64,000 nt of DNA from an uncultured Actinomycetota bacterium (GTDB lineage: Bacteria > Actinomycetota > Actinomycetes > JAHEKZ01), in contig CAWHIJ010000003.1 of assembly GCA_963829525.1 (NCBI GenBank), forward strand, positions 2,587,211 to 2,651,210. Reading direction: 5' to 3'. The notes under the pieces are model-generated. The model ran no database searches. It saw only the letters and a list, made by a program, of their open reading frames with translations, and was not told the DNA's origin. Positions 1 through 8,822 of this stretch are shown here, piece after piece. The number at the start of each line of letters is the position of its first letter. Within the stretch, counting starts at the first letter, position 1. A program made the position numbers and the translations under genes.

Positions 1-132
1 GGAGGTGGACGTCTTGGCTCATGGTCGGCGTCCCACCCTACGGGGGTTGTGCGGATGGGCAGCGGCCGCGGTGCCATCGCCGGGATCAACGCAGACCGGT
101 CTGGTGCGTCGGGTCGAGGCGTCCGGATCAGG

Positions 133-390
133 CTAGACGGCTTCCTTCTTCAGCCGACGACGCTCTCGCTCGGACAGCCCGCCCCAGATCCCGAACCGCT
201 CGTCGTGCGCCAGCGCGTACTCCAGGCAGTCGCCCCGCACGTCGCAGCCAAGGCAGACCTTCTTCGCCTCGCGGGTCGACCCGCCCTTCTCCGGGAAGAA
301 GGCCTCCGGGTCGGTCTGCGCGCAGAGCGCTCGCTCCTGCCACCACAGCTCAGGATCTTGCTCTTCCATCAGACTGATGGCCTCGGTCAC
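133..390 (-). CDS. WhiB-family (Wbl) 4Fe-4S transcription factor, 85 aa
   Basis: Four-Cys pattern C-x~29-C-x2-C-x5-C plus a C-terminal G[IV]WGG...RR motif typical of Wbl proteins. Sits next to an F420 (fbi) locus, as whiB2 does in mycobacteria. Confidence 0.85.
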   Translation of the reverse strand: MTEAISLMEEQDPELWWQERALCAQTDPEAFFPEKGGSTREAKKVCLGCDVRGDCLEYALAHDERFGIWGGLSERERRRLKKEAV

Positions 391-451
391 CGTTCCTCCT
401 CGACCCTACGGGTGTCGTCCGGCCACGGGCCGGTCGAACGACATGCGTGGA

Positions 452-481
452 ATTACATGGGTGTCGTTGCCCTCCTGTCAA
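452..481 (-). promoter_or_regulatory. Candidate sigma-A-type promoter for the whiB-like gene (TTGACA-N18-TGTAAT on the minus strand)
   Basis: The reverse complement of 476..481 is TTGACA and of 452..457 is TGTAAT, spaced 18 nt apart, about 60 nt upstream of the whiB start at 390. Confidence 0.3.
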
Positions 482-570
482 CACTTTCTCTGCTAATCGT
501 TCCCCCGACGCGGCACCGAACGTGACCGCTTGATCACCGACGGCATCCCTTCAGCTGGTGTTTCCGCAGG

Positions 571-3168
571 TCAGCGCGCCGCTAACGGCGCGGGGAGCAC
601 CCCTCCAGTGCGGATGGCCCTTTCGGACCTTTCTTTTGGGACCTGACCGTAGGTCGTGGTCCGCTGCCGCGCCGGGCGTCCGACATCGGCAGCCCAGGCA
701 ACCAGTTCGGACACCGCTGTGGCCGAGCCGTGAGAGCTCCCGGCCATCCGGCTGATGGTCTCCTCCATGAGCGTCCCGCCGAGGTCGTCGACTCCGGCAC
801 CGAGCATGGTCTGGACACCGGTCGCGCCGAGCTTGACCCACGAGACCTGAATGTGGTCGATCCGACCGTGCAGCAGCAGCCGGGCCACCGCATGCACGGC
901 CCTCGTCTCCGCAGCGGTCGGGCCCGCGCGGCCGATCCCGGCGAGGTAGAGCGGCGCTGACTGGTGGACGAACGGCAGCGGCACGAACTCGGTGAAGCCA
1001 CCGACCCCCCTCGTCTTGGCCTTGTCCTGCACAGCCGCGAGCACCCGGAGATGCGTGAGCCAGTGGTCGGGACGATCGACGTGGCCGTACATCATCGTGC
1101 TGCTGGTGGGCAGCCCCAGCCGGTGCGCGGACTCGACCACCTCGACCCAGGTCGCGGTCGGCAGCTTGCCCTTGGTCAGCACCCAGCGCACGTCGTCGTC
1201 GAGGATCTCCGCGGCGGTGCCGGGAAGTGACCCAAGACCGGCCTCCTGCAGCGCCGCCAAGAACTCCGGGATCGACGTCCCGGCATGAGCTGCCCCCGTT
1301 GCCACCTCCATCGGGCTGAACGCGTGGACGTGCATCTCCGGGAGCGCTGCCTTGATGGCGCGGACCAGGTCGAAGTAGTGCGACGCCGGGATCTGCGGGT
1401 CGATGCCGCCCTGCATGCAGACCTCGGTGGCGCCGAGCTCCCAAGCCTCCTCTGCCCGCGTCGCGACTTCGTCGATGGAGAGCGAGTACGCGTCGGCATC
1501 GGAGCGACGCTGGGCGAAAGCGCAGAACCGGCAGCCGGTGTAGCAGACGTTGGTGAAGTTGATGTTGCGGTTGACGACGTAGGTGACCTCGTCGCCGACC
1601 ACGTCGCGACGCAGGTCGTCGGCGATAGCAGCCACGGCGTCGAGGTCGGCATCCTCGGCCGCCAGGATCGCCAGCGCTAGTCGTTCGTTCTCGGGATGGA
1701 GCAGCGCGGCCGGATCAGTCTCGGCAACGCGGAGCGCGTCCCGGACGTCGGCGGCCATCCGGCTCGCGGCCGGGGAGCTCGCGGCCGGGGAGCTCGCGGC
1801 CACCGCATCCCACGAACCGAAGGCGTCGTCGAAGTCGCTGCGCACCGCCTGACCTGCGCCCTTCGATGTCGATGCTGGCGTGCAGGTCGACGCGCCCCAA
1901 GTCATCCAGTCGATCCGGCTCCTGCCAGGGCAGCCCGCTCGGCCGAACCCCTTCTCGGGCGAGGCCGCCGTCGTCGGCGAGCGCGTCGACGTGCGGCTGC
2001 ACACGGGGGTCGAGCCAAGGCTCACCGCGCTGCGCGTAGGAAGGATGGACGGTGAGCCGCTCGCGCAGCACGAACCCCGGCCTCGCCGTCTGGTGAGCCA
2101 GGACCTGCAGGTGCGGCCAGGGCCGCTCCGGGTTGACGTGGTCGGGAGTCAGCGGGCTGACCCCTCCCCAGTCGTCGACCCCGGCAGCGAGCAGCCTCGG
2201 CAGCACATCGAGGTCGGAGAGGTTGGGCGGCACCTGGACCCGCATGGACGGGCCGAGCACCACCCGCGCGACCGCGACCGTCGCGAGGTAGTCGTCGGCT
2301 CCCGCATCAGCGGCGCTGGCCATCGCGGTGCCGGGCTTGGCCCGGAAGTTCTGGACGATGACCTCCTGCACGTGGCCATGGCGCGATGAGCCGACCGCAT
2401 GGCGAGCAGCGACTCAGCGCGCTCGACGAGCGTCTCGCCGATCCCGACCAGCACCCCGGTGGTGAACGGGACCGACAGCCGGCCGGCGTCCTCGAGCACC
2501 CTGAGCCGCACCGCAGGCTCCTTGTCGGGCGACCCGTGGTGCGGCGCCCCGGGCTCAGACCACAGCCGGTTGCTGGTCGTCTCGAGCATCAGACCCATCG
2601 ACGGCGCGACCGGCTTGAGGCGAAGGAGCTCGTCCCACGTCATGACGCCAGGGTTCAGGTGCGGCAGCAGCCCGGTCTCCTCGAGCACCAGAACCGCCAT
2701 CGCGCGGACGTAGTCCAGGGTGGTGTCGTAGCCGGCTTCGTCGAGCCAGGCACGTGCCTGGGGCCAGCGCTCCTCCGGGCGGTCGCCCAGGGTGAACAGC
2801 GCCTCCTTGCACTCGTCAGCGGCCCCGCTGCGCGCGATCGCCAGCACCTCGTCGGGCGACAGGTACGGCGCAGGCAGCTCCCTGGGGGCAGCGGCGAACG
2901 TGCAGTAGTGGCACCGGTCTCGGCAGAGCCGGGTCAGTGGGATGAAGACCTTGCGCGAGTACGTGATGACTCCGGGGCGTCCAGCATCTGCGAGCCCGCG
3001 GTCGCGCAGATTCGACGCCACGCGCATCAGGGCATCGAGCTCGGAACCTCGGGCTGCCATGAGCGCGGCAGCCTCCTGCGCATCAAGCTCCTTGCCCTGT
3101 TCGGCTCGACGGAGCGCCCGGCCGGTCTCTGTCGCAGTCGGCCAATGTTCGGACTTTGGGGGAGGCAT
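571..3168 (-). CDS. fbiC: FbiC (FO synthase, CofG+CofH fusion; radical SAM) with the reading frame interrupted twice; pseudogene or indel errors
   Basis: The CofG domain (CxxxCxYC; [15 protein letters not shown] motif) lies in frames 2149..3168 and 1715..2371. The CofH domain ([24 protein letters not shown]) lies in 571..2025. Frame switches fall near ~2378 and ~1845, and the net shift is zero. Confidence 0.8.
1763..1802. repeat. 15-bp tandem repeat (gctcgcggccgggga, ~2.7 copies) encoding AASSP repeats in the FbiC inter-domain linker
   Basis: Direct inspection: copies at 1763-1777 and 1778-1792, with a partial third copy. Confidence 0.8.
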
Positions 3169-3285
3169 CTGCCGAGAGTACGTCAGCGTTCGGTAAGGAC
3201 CTCGTCATCGCTTTGCCCTCGGATCACCGGCCGCCCCTGCCTAGCGTCGGGGTGCCCACTTGAAATCCTCGTTCTAAGGAATCCC

Positions 3286-3702
3286 ATGAACATGTCCCAG
3301 ATCGCGGCCGCAGCTGCCGCGATGGTTCTGACCGCTGCCCCACTGGCGGTCGCGTTGCCTGCCCAGGCAGACAGCAGCAACCCCCAAGGTGCCAACTTCG
3401 GAAAGCTCTACTACGACGGGTCCGTTGTCCGAACCGTTGCCACCCCGACGAGCCAGCCTGGACAAGGCGTTGACGCGATCTACCCAGTCACCGACGGAGT
3501 CCCCGGGCAGCTGGCCGTGACCTCGGCCGCACCCGGCGACAACTACCACGGTGGCCGCTGGGCCGTGAACGTCGTCAGCTGGAACACGTCGCCTTACCTA
3601 CTGACCTCTGATGAGGCAGTACTGGAGGCAGCCGAGGCCGGCCACGTGACTATCACCCGGATGCCAGTCGCAGACTTCGTCTGCCCGGTCGCCGGTCGCT
3701 GA
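3286..3702 (+). CDS. Small secreted protein of unknown function (138 aa, signal peptide)
   Basis: Begins MNMSQIAAAAAAMVLTAAPLAVALPAQA, which has the form of a signal peptide. AAGGA ribosome-binding site 8 nt upstream. The larger listed ORF 2386..3702 is antisense to fbiC in its upstream part. Confidence 0.6.
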   Translation: MNMSQIAAAAAAMVLTAAPLAVALPAQADSSNPQGANFGKLYYDGSVVRTVATPTSQPGQGVDAIYPVTDGVPGQLAVTSAAPGDNYHGGRWAVNVVSWNTSPYLLTSDEAVLEAAEAGHVTITRMPVADFVCPVAGR

Positions 3703-3715
3703 CCGCGGAGGAGGG

Positions 3716-4510
3716 GTGCTCACGGCCATGCACACGTACGCTGGCGCCGTGAGCACCCCCTCGGACTCGACCTTGCCGTCGATTCCGGCGCCCGTTGCTT
3801 CCCCAGCAACGGTGCTCGTGGTCGATGACGACCACACTGTGGCCGAGGTGGTGGTCACGTATCTCGATCGAGCCGGCCTGCGGGCCGTCCACGTCAGCGA
3901 CGGTGGGTCGGCGTTGTCGGCCTTCGAGGCGGAGTCTCCTGACCTGGTGGTGCTCGACCTCATGCTGCCCGACCTCGACGGGCTCGAAGTCTGCCGACGA
4001 CTACGTGCAACATCGGACGTTCCCGTCATCATGCTCACCGCACTCGGTGGCGAGGTTGACCGTGTCCTAGGGCTCGAGGTGGGTGCCGACGACTACGTGA
4101 CCAAGCCGTTCAGTCCACGCGAGCTCGTGTTACGCGTGCAGTCGGTGCTGCGCCGCTCGGTGAAGGAATCCGGCGGTCCGGCGGCACCTCTCCACGATCT
4201 GGTGTTGCGCGACGGCGACCTCGTACTCGACACCAGGGCGCACACCGCCAGGCGCGGCGGAGAGACGCTCCCCCTGACGGGCCGCGAATTCGACCTTCTC
4301 GCGTTCCTTCTGTCCAACCCGGGGCGCGCATTCACCAGAGCTGAGCTGATGGAGCAGGTCTGGGGCTGGTCGTTCGGCGACCAGTCGACGGTAACCGTGC
4401 ACGTCAGGAGGCTTCGCGAGAAGATCGAGCCGGTTCCCACCACTCCCACCCGGCTGATGACCGTGTGGGGCGTCGGCTACCGCTGGGATCACGTCAAGGG
4501 AGCTCTGTGA
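3716..4510 (+). CDS. OmpR-family two-component response regulator
   Basis: REC domain (VLVVDDD...[10 protein letters not shown]...TALG...ADDYVTKPF) followed by a winged-helix output domain ([12 protein letters not shown]...GVGYRW). Start uncertain (3716 or 3728). Confidence 0.85.
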   Translation: MLTAMHTYAGAVSTPSDSTLPSIPAPVASPATVLVVDDDHTVAEVVVTYLDRAGLRAVHVSDGGSALSAFEAESPDLVVLDLMLPDLDGLEVCRRLRATSDVPVIMLTALGGEVDRVLGLEVGADDYVTKPFSPRELVLRVQSVLRRSVKESGGPAAPLHDLVLRDGDLVLDTRAHTARRGGETLPLTGREFDLLAFLLSNPGRAFTRAELMEQVWGWSFGDQSTVTVHVRRLREKIEPVPTTPTRLMTVWGVGYRWDHVKGAL

Positions 4511-5523
4511 AGCCCTGGGCTGCGGTCGCCGTCACGGCCATCGCCAGCAGCGCCGTCGTCGGCGCGATCGGGCTCCTCCTCCTGCACCTGCTGGGACGCC
4601 GGTCGGCTCGTACACTCGCATGGCTGGCGCCGGTCACCGCGGTGCTCGCCGTGGTGGTGGGGGTAGTGGCCACCGCGCGGCGGATGTTCCTTTCCTCACA
4701 CGATCTGGGCGTCGTGCTCGTGGTGTGTGGCGCGGCCGGGGTGGTGGCGGTGGGCATCGGGCTCCTCCTGGCACGGCGAGTCGACCAGATCGAGCAGCAC
4801 GCTCGCGAACTTGCTGAGGAGCAGGCGCGGGCGGAGGAGGCCGAGCGGACCCGACGTGAGCTTGTTGCGTGGGTGTCGCATGACCTGCGCACTCCGTTGG
4901 CTGGTATGCGGGCCATGACCGAGGCCCTCGAGGATGGCCTGGCGCCGGACCCCGAGCGCTACCATCGACAGCTGCGTACCGAGGTAGAACGACTCACCAA
5001 CATGGTCGACGACCTGTTCGAGCTGTCGCGCATCAACGCCGGAGCTCTACGCCTGGTGCCCGAACAGATCTCACTCAGCGACGTCGTTGGCGATGTCATC
5101 GCCGCCGCCGCTCCGCTCGCAGTTGCTCGAGGCGTCTCCATCGAGGCGGTGGCGTCGCCGCAGAGTCCCGACACGATCACCGCCGACGAGCGCGAGCTAC
5201 GTCGGGCGATAGCCAACCTGGTCTCCAACGCCGTCCGTCACACCCCCCACGACAGCAAGGTGCACGTGGCTGCGTCTGTTATCGGCGGAACGGCGTCGGT
5301 CACGGTGACCGACGCTTGCGGGGGAATCCCCGACGCCGACCTCGCGCGGGTCTTCGAAGCCGGCTATCGAGGTGACCAGGCCCGCACACCGGATCCGGAC
5401 GGTGGTGCCGGGCTCGGGCTGGCGATCGTTCAGGGAATCGTCAACGCACATGGCGGCGAAGTCGACGTACGGAACGTCAGCGGTGGGTGCCGCTTCACGG
5501 TGCGGATCGCGGCGTCCAGCTGA
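4507..5523 (+). CDS. Sensor histidine kinase, intramembrane-sensing type (two TM helices, very short extracellular loop)
   Basis: H-box [10 protein letters not shown] and HATPase_c N/G boxes ([20 protein letters not shown]). The GTG start overlaps the regulator stop as GTGA. Confidence 0.85.
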   Translation: MKPWAAVAVTAIASSAVVGAIGLLLLHLLGRRSARTLAWLAPVTAVLAVVVGVVATARRMFLSSHDLGVVLVVCGAAGVVAVGIGLLLARRVDQIEQHARELAEEQARAEEAERTRRELVAWVSHDLRTPLAGMRAMTEALEDGLAPDPERYHRQLRTEVERLTNMVDDLFELSRINAGALRLVPEQISLSDVVGDVIAAAAPLAVARGVSIEAVASPQSPDTITADERELRRAIANLVSNAVRHTPHDSKVHVAASVIGGTASVTVTDACGGIPDADLARVFEAGYRGDQARTPDPDGGAGLGLAIVQGIVNAHGGEVDVRNVSGGCRFTVRIAASS

Positions 5524-6358
5524 TCGTCACGACGTCGCGGTGGTAGCCGGGGTCGATGTCGGCCAGCGCCGCGGCAACGTCCGGTTCACGGTCGGCGGGC
5601 AGACAGAGCCGCTGTGCCACCAGCTCGGCCCGCTGTTCGAGTGATTCGCTGTCCGAGCCGTCCGCGGCGACCCTGTCCCCGACATTGGCCCAGTACTCGG
5701 CGCGCAGGTCAGCGACATCCATGGCGCTCAAGATCTCCACGAGGTCCCCCGCGATCGGAGCCACGGGTCTTTCCAGGTCGTGGAACATCTTCCAGAGCGG
5801 GTTCATCCACGACAGCGGGTGGTGCGGCGGCAGTTCGAGAACGACTCGGCGCTTGGCCTTGGCGTCGAGCGCCGCCAGGAAGGGCACGATGTCGGCCACG
5901 TTGTACACGACGTGATGTACCACCACGACGTCATGCTCGGCTACCTCCGCAGCTACCTCAGGCCATGTCCCGAGCACTTCGTCGTGCTCAACTCCGGCCG
6001 CAGCTGCACGCTCGGCGAACGCCTCCAACATGGGGGCCTTGCCGTCGACGGCGGTCATCGACGTGGCCCAGGGTGCCAGCGGAAGAGAGGCTGCCCCCGC
6101 ACCGGCGCCGACATCGAGCACCGAGCCCGGGTCGGACCGGAGTACTTCGGCGGCCCGCTCGAACGAGATACCGCCTGGATCACTAACTGCTCGATCAGCA
6201 CGGCCAGAAAACCGCGCGACGGGAAGCATCCAAGGATCGCGCGTTGCGGCGCCGGCGATGTGCGGCGGGATGGTCCACCCCGCCAACGCTTCCGTCCAGC
6301 GCTGGGCCATGGCCGAAAGATCTGCGGGTCTGCTCACTGACAAGATGCTGCCATGCAT
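5495..6358 (-). CDS. Class I SAM-dependent methyltransferase
   Basis: Motif [10 protein letters not shown] and a Methyltransf_11/25-like fold. The upstream part of the longer ORF is antisense to fbiA, so the start is placed at the ATG at 6358 (or a downstream MAQRW). Confidence 0.7.
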   Translation of the reverse strand: MHGSILSVSRPADLSAMAQRWTEALAGWTIPPHIAGAATRDPWMLPVARFSGRADRAVSDPGGISFERAAEVLRSDPGSVLDVGAGAGAASLPLAPWATSMTAVDGKAPMLEAFAERAAAAGVEHDEVLGTWPEVAAEVAEHDVVVVHHVVYNVADIVPFLAALDAKAKRRVVLELPPHHPLSWMNPLWKMFHDLERPVAPIAGDLVEILSAMDVADLRAEYWANVGDRVAADGSDSESLEQRAELVAQRLCLPADREPDVAAALADIDPGYHRDVVTISWTPRSAP

Positions 6359-7336
6359 ATCGTCGCATTGGCAGGGGGCATCGGCGGGGCTCGCTTTCTG
6401 CGGGGCCTCCGTCAACATCTGGCGGTCCGCGACGACGAGTTGGCGGGCGCCGACATCACCGTGATCGGCAACACCGCCGACGACATCACCTTGTTCGGCC
6501 TGCGGGTCTGCCCCGACCTCGACACCGTGATGTACACCCTGGGCGGGGGCATCCACGAGGAGCAGGGGTGGGGGCGGGCCGAAGAAACGTTCTCCGTCAG
6601 TGCAGAGCTGGCGGCGTACGAGGTGCCGCCCGACTGGTTCACCCTCGGCGACCGCGACATCGCCACCCACATCGTGCGCACGCAGATGCTGCGCGCCGGC
6701 TGGTCGCTGACCGATGTCACGGCCGCCCTGTGTTCGCGTTGGCAGCCCGGGGTGCGGCTGCTTCCGATGAGTGACGATCCCGTCGAGACGCATGTCGTCG
6801 TTCTCGACGACAGCGGAACACGTGAGGCTCTGCACTTCCAGGAGTGGTGGGTACGTGAGCAGGCCAAGCGCCCCGCCCAGGAGTTCGTCTACCTCGGTGC
6901 GGCTGAAGCGAAGCCAACTGTTGCGGTGCTCGACGCACTCCGCGACGCCGACGTGGTGCTGCTACCACCGTCGAATCCCGTCGTCAGCATCGGCGCGATC
7001 CTGCAGGTCGACGGCATCGCCGATGCGCTGCGGGGCGTGGCGGCATCTGTTGTCGGAGTCTCGCCGATCATCGCGGGAGCGCCGGTTCGAGGGATGGCCG
7101 ACGCATGCCTGTCCGCCATCGGCGTCGAGACCTCGTCAGCGGCGGTGGCCGCTCACTACGGCGCGCGCATCGCAGGTGGGCTGCTAGACGGTTGGCTCGT
7201 CGCCGACGAAGATGCGTCGGCGCCCGCCCCGGCTGGAGTCGTCCAACGGTCCCGGCCGCTTCTGATGACCGCGATTGAGGACGCTGCGGCGATTGCTGGT
7301 GCTGCGCTCGACCTCGCCATCGACTTACGTCGTTGA
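6353..7336 (+). CDS. fbiA: 2-phospho-L-lactate transferase (CofD/FbiA), F420 biosynthesis
   Basis: N-terminal [19 protein letters not shown] plus the CofD motifs IGNTADD and DTVMYTLGG. Confidence 0.9.
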   Translation: MHIVALAGGIGGARFLRGLRQHLAVRDDELAGADITVIGNTADDITLFGLRVCPDLDTVMYTLGGGIHEEQGWGRAEETFSVSAELAAYEVPPDWFTLGDRDIATHIVRTQMLRAGWSLTDVTAALCSRWQPGVRLLPMSDDPVETHVVVLDDSGTREALHFQEWWVREQAKRPAQEFVYLGAAEAKPTVAVLDALRDADVVLLPPSNPVVSIGAILQVDGIADALRGVAASVVGVSPIIAGAPVRGMADACLSAIGVETSSAAVAAHYGARIAGGLLDGWLVADEDASAPAPAGVVQRSRPLLMTAIEDAAAIAGAALDLAIDLRR

Positions 7337-8640
7337 GCCGCATGGCGTCGCTGGGTCACGGGGGTAGCTTCCACGTCGTCGCGCTCGAGCGGATGCCGGA
7401 GATCACCGCGGGCCACGACCTCGCGAGGTCCATCCTCTCGGCTCAACCAGGACTGCAGGACGGCGACATCGTGGTGGTGTCGAGCAAGGTGGTGAGCAAG
7501 GCAGAGGGACGCGTCGTCACTGGTGTCACGCGCGACGAGGTTATCTCCGGCGAAATCGTGCGAGTCGTCGCAGAGCGCGACGGTCTCACGATCGTCGAGA
7601 CGCGCCACGGCCTTGTGCTAGCAGCAGCTGGCGTCGACGCGAGCAACGTCGCAGAGGGGTCGTTGGTGCTGCTGCCCGAGGACGCTGACGCCTCTGCGCG
7701 GGCACTGCGCTCGGCGCTGCAAGTGGCGGCCGGTTGCACGCTGGGGGTCATCGTCACCGATACCGCGGGACGTCCGTGGCGGCTCGGCCAGACCGACATC
7801 GCGATCGGCGCAGCCGGCGTCACCCCGCTGCAGGATCTCCGCGGCACGTCAGACATGCAAGGCCGGATGCTGGAGGTCACAGTGCCAGCCGTCGCCGATG
7901 AGATCGCCGCTGCTGCCGAGCTCGTGATGGGCAAGGCAGCGGGAACTCCGGTCGCAGTCGTCCGGGGGCTCGGTCAGTTCGTGCAGGAGTCCGACGGTCC
8001 AGGCGCGCGAGCCATTGTTCGACCGCGCGACGAGGACCTGTTCTCGCATGGCTCGCGCGATGTGGTGCGTTCGCGGCGAACCGTACGCGCCTTCACCGAT
8101 GCTCCAGTGCCGCGTGATGTCATCACCGCTGCTGTTGCTGATGCCATCACCGCGCCGGCCCCGCACCACTCAGCGCCCTGGCGGTTCGTCCTCGTATCCG
8201 ACGACCGCCGAACAGGACTGCTCGACGCCATGGCTGACCAGTGGCGGGATGACCTGCGCGTAGATGGAGTCGATGAGGCGTCCATCGAGGGCCGCATCGC
8301 CAGGGGCGATCTCCTGCGAGCGGCACCGTCGCTTGTGGTCCCGTGTCTCGTCGACGATGGCTCGGCGGTGTATGCCGATGACCGGCGCTCCACCGCCGAG
8401 CATGTGATGTTCCTGCTCGCCATGGGCGCGGGGATCGAGAACTTTCTCGTGTCGTTGGCGGTTCAAGGTGTGGGGTCGGCATGGGTCTCGTCAACGATCT
8501 TCTGTCCTGACGTCGCGTGCGCTGCGCTCGACCTTCCTGCCGGCTGGCAACCCATGGGTGCGATTGCCGTGGGGTATGCGGCAGGGGCGCCGACCCCTCG
8601 CGCGCCACGTGATCCTGGCGACTTCGTCGTGGAGAGATAG
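7333..8640 (+). CDS. fbiB: F420-0:gamma-glutamyl ligase (CofE) fused to a C-terminal nitroreductase-like domain (FbiB)
   Basis: N-terminal CofE domain and C-terminal NADH-oxidase/nitroreductase fold. ATGA overlap with the fbiA stop. Same two-domain architecture as mycobacterial FbiB. Confidence 0.9.
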   Translation: MSRMASLGHGGSFHVVALERMPEITAGHDLARSILSAQPGLQDGDIVVVSSKVVSKAEGRVVTGVTRDEVISGEIVRVVAERDGLTIVETRHGLVLAAAGVDASNVAEGSLVLLPEDADASARALRSALQVAAGCTLGVIVTDTAGRPWRLGQTDIAIGAAGVTPLQDLRGTSDMQGRMLEVTVPAVADEIAAAAELVMGKAAGTPVAVVRGLGQFVQESDGPGARAIVRPRDEDLFSHGSRDVVRSRRTVRAFTDAPVPRDVITAAVADAITAPAPHHSAPWRFVLVSDDRRTGLLDAMADQWRDDLRVDGVDEASIEGRIARGDLLRAAPSLVVPCLVDDGSAVYADDRRSTAEHVMFLLAMGAGIENFLVSLAVQGVGSAWVSSTIFCPDVACAALDLPAGWQPMGAIAVGYAAGAPTPRAPRDPGDFVVER

Positions 8641-8822
8641 GCGTTCTGCACAGCTACGGAAGACTCCGCACGGAAGTTGTCAGACGCTTGGTCTAGCGTA
8701 GGTATTGGTCGATTCGATCCAGGATAACGGCGCAGCCGAGTAGTGCGGGTGAGTTGCGCAGATGAGTAGCGGCGATGGCGACCACCGTCCGTTGATTCCG
8801 CACTCACGCCGCGAGGTCGTCG

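Noticed and set aside
551-1444. 297-aa and 139-aa minus-strand ORFs overlapping the CofH domain
   Set aside because: They lie in alternative frames of the fbiC coding region. They are Arg/Pro/Gly-rich with no domain signal, while the CofH frame carries clear radical-SAM motifs.
2386-3285. N-terminal 300 codons of the listed 438-aa plus-strand ORF
   Set aside because: Antisense to the fbiC CofG domain. Only the C-terminal 138 codons, from the ATG at 3286 with a signal peptide, look like a real gene.
8641-8822. Possible tRNA or tRNA fragment in the lower-GC region (TTCGATC T-loop-like sequence)
   Set aside because: No complementary T-stem or acceptor stem could be formed. There is no cloverleaf, so it is not called as a tRNA.
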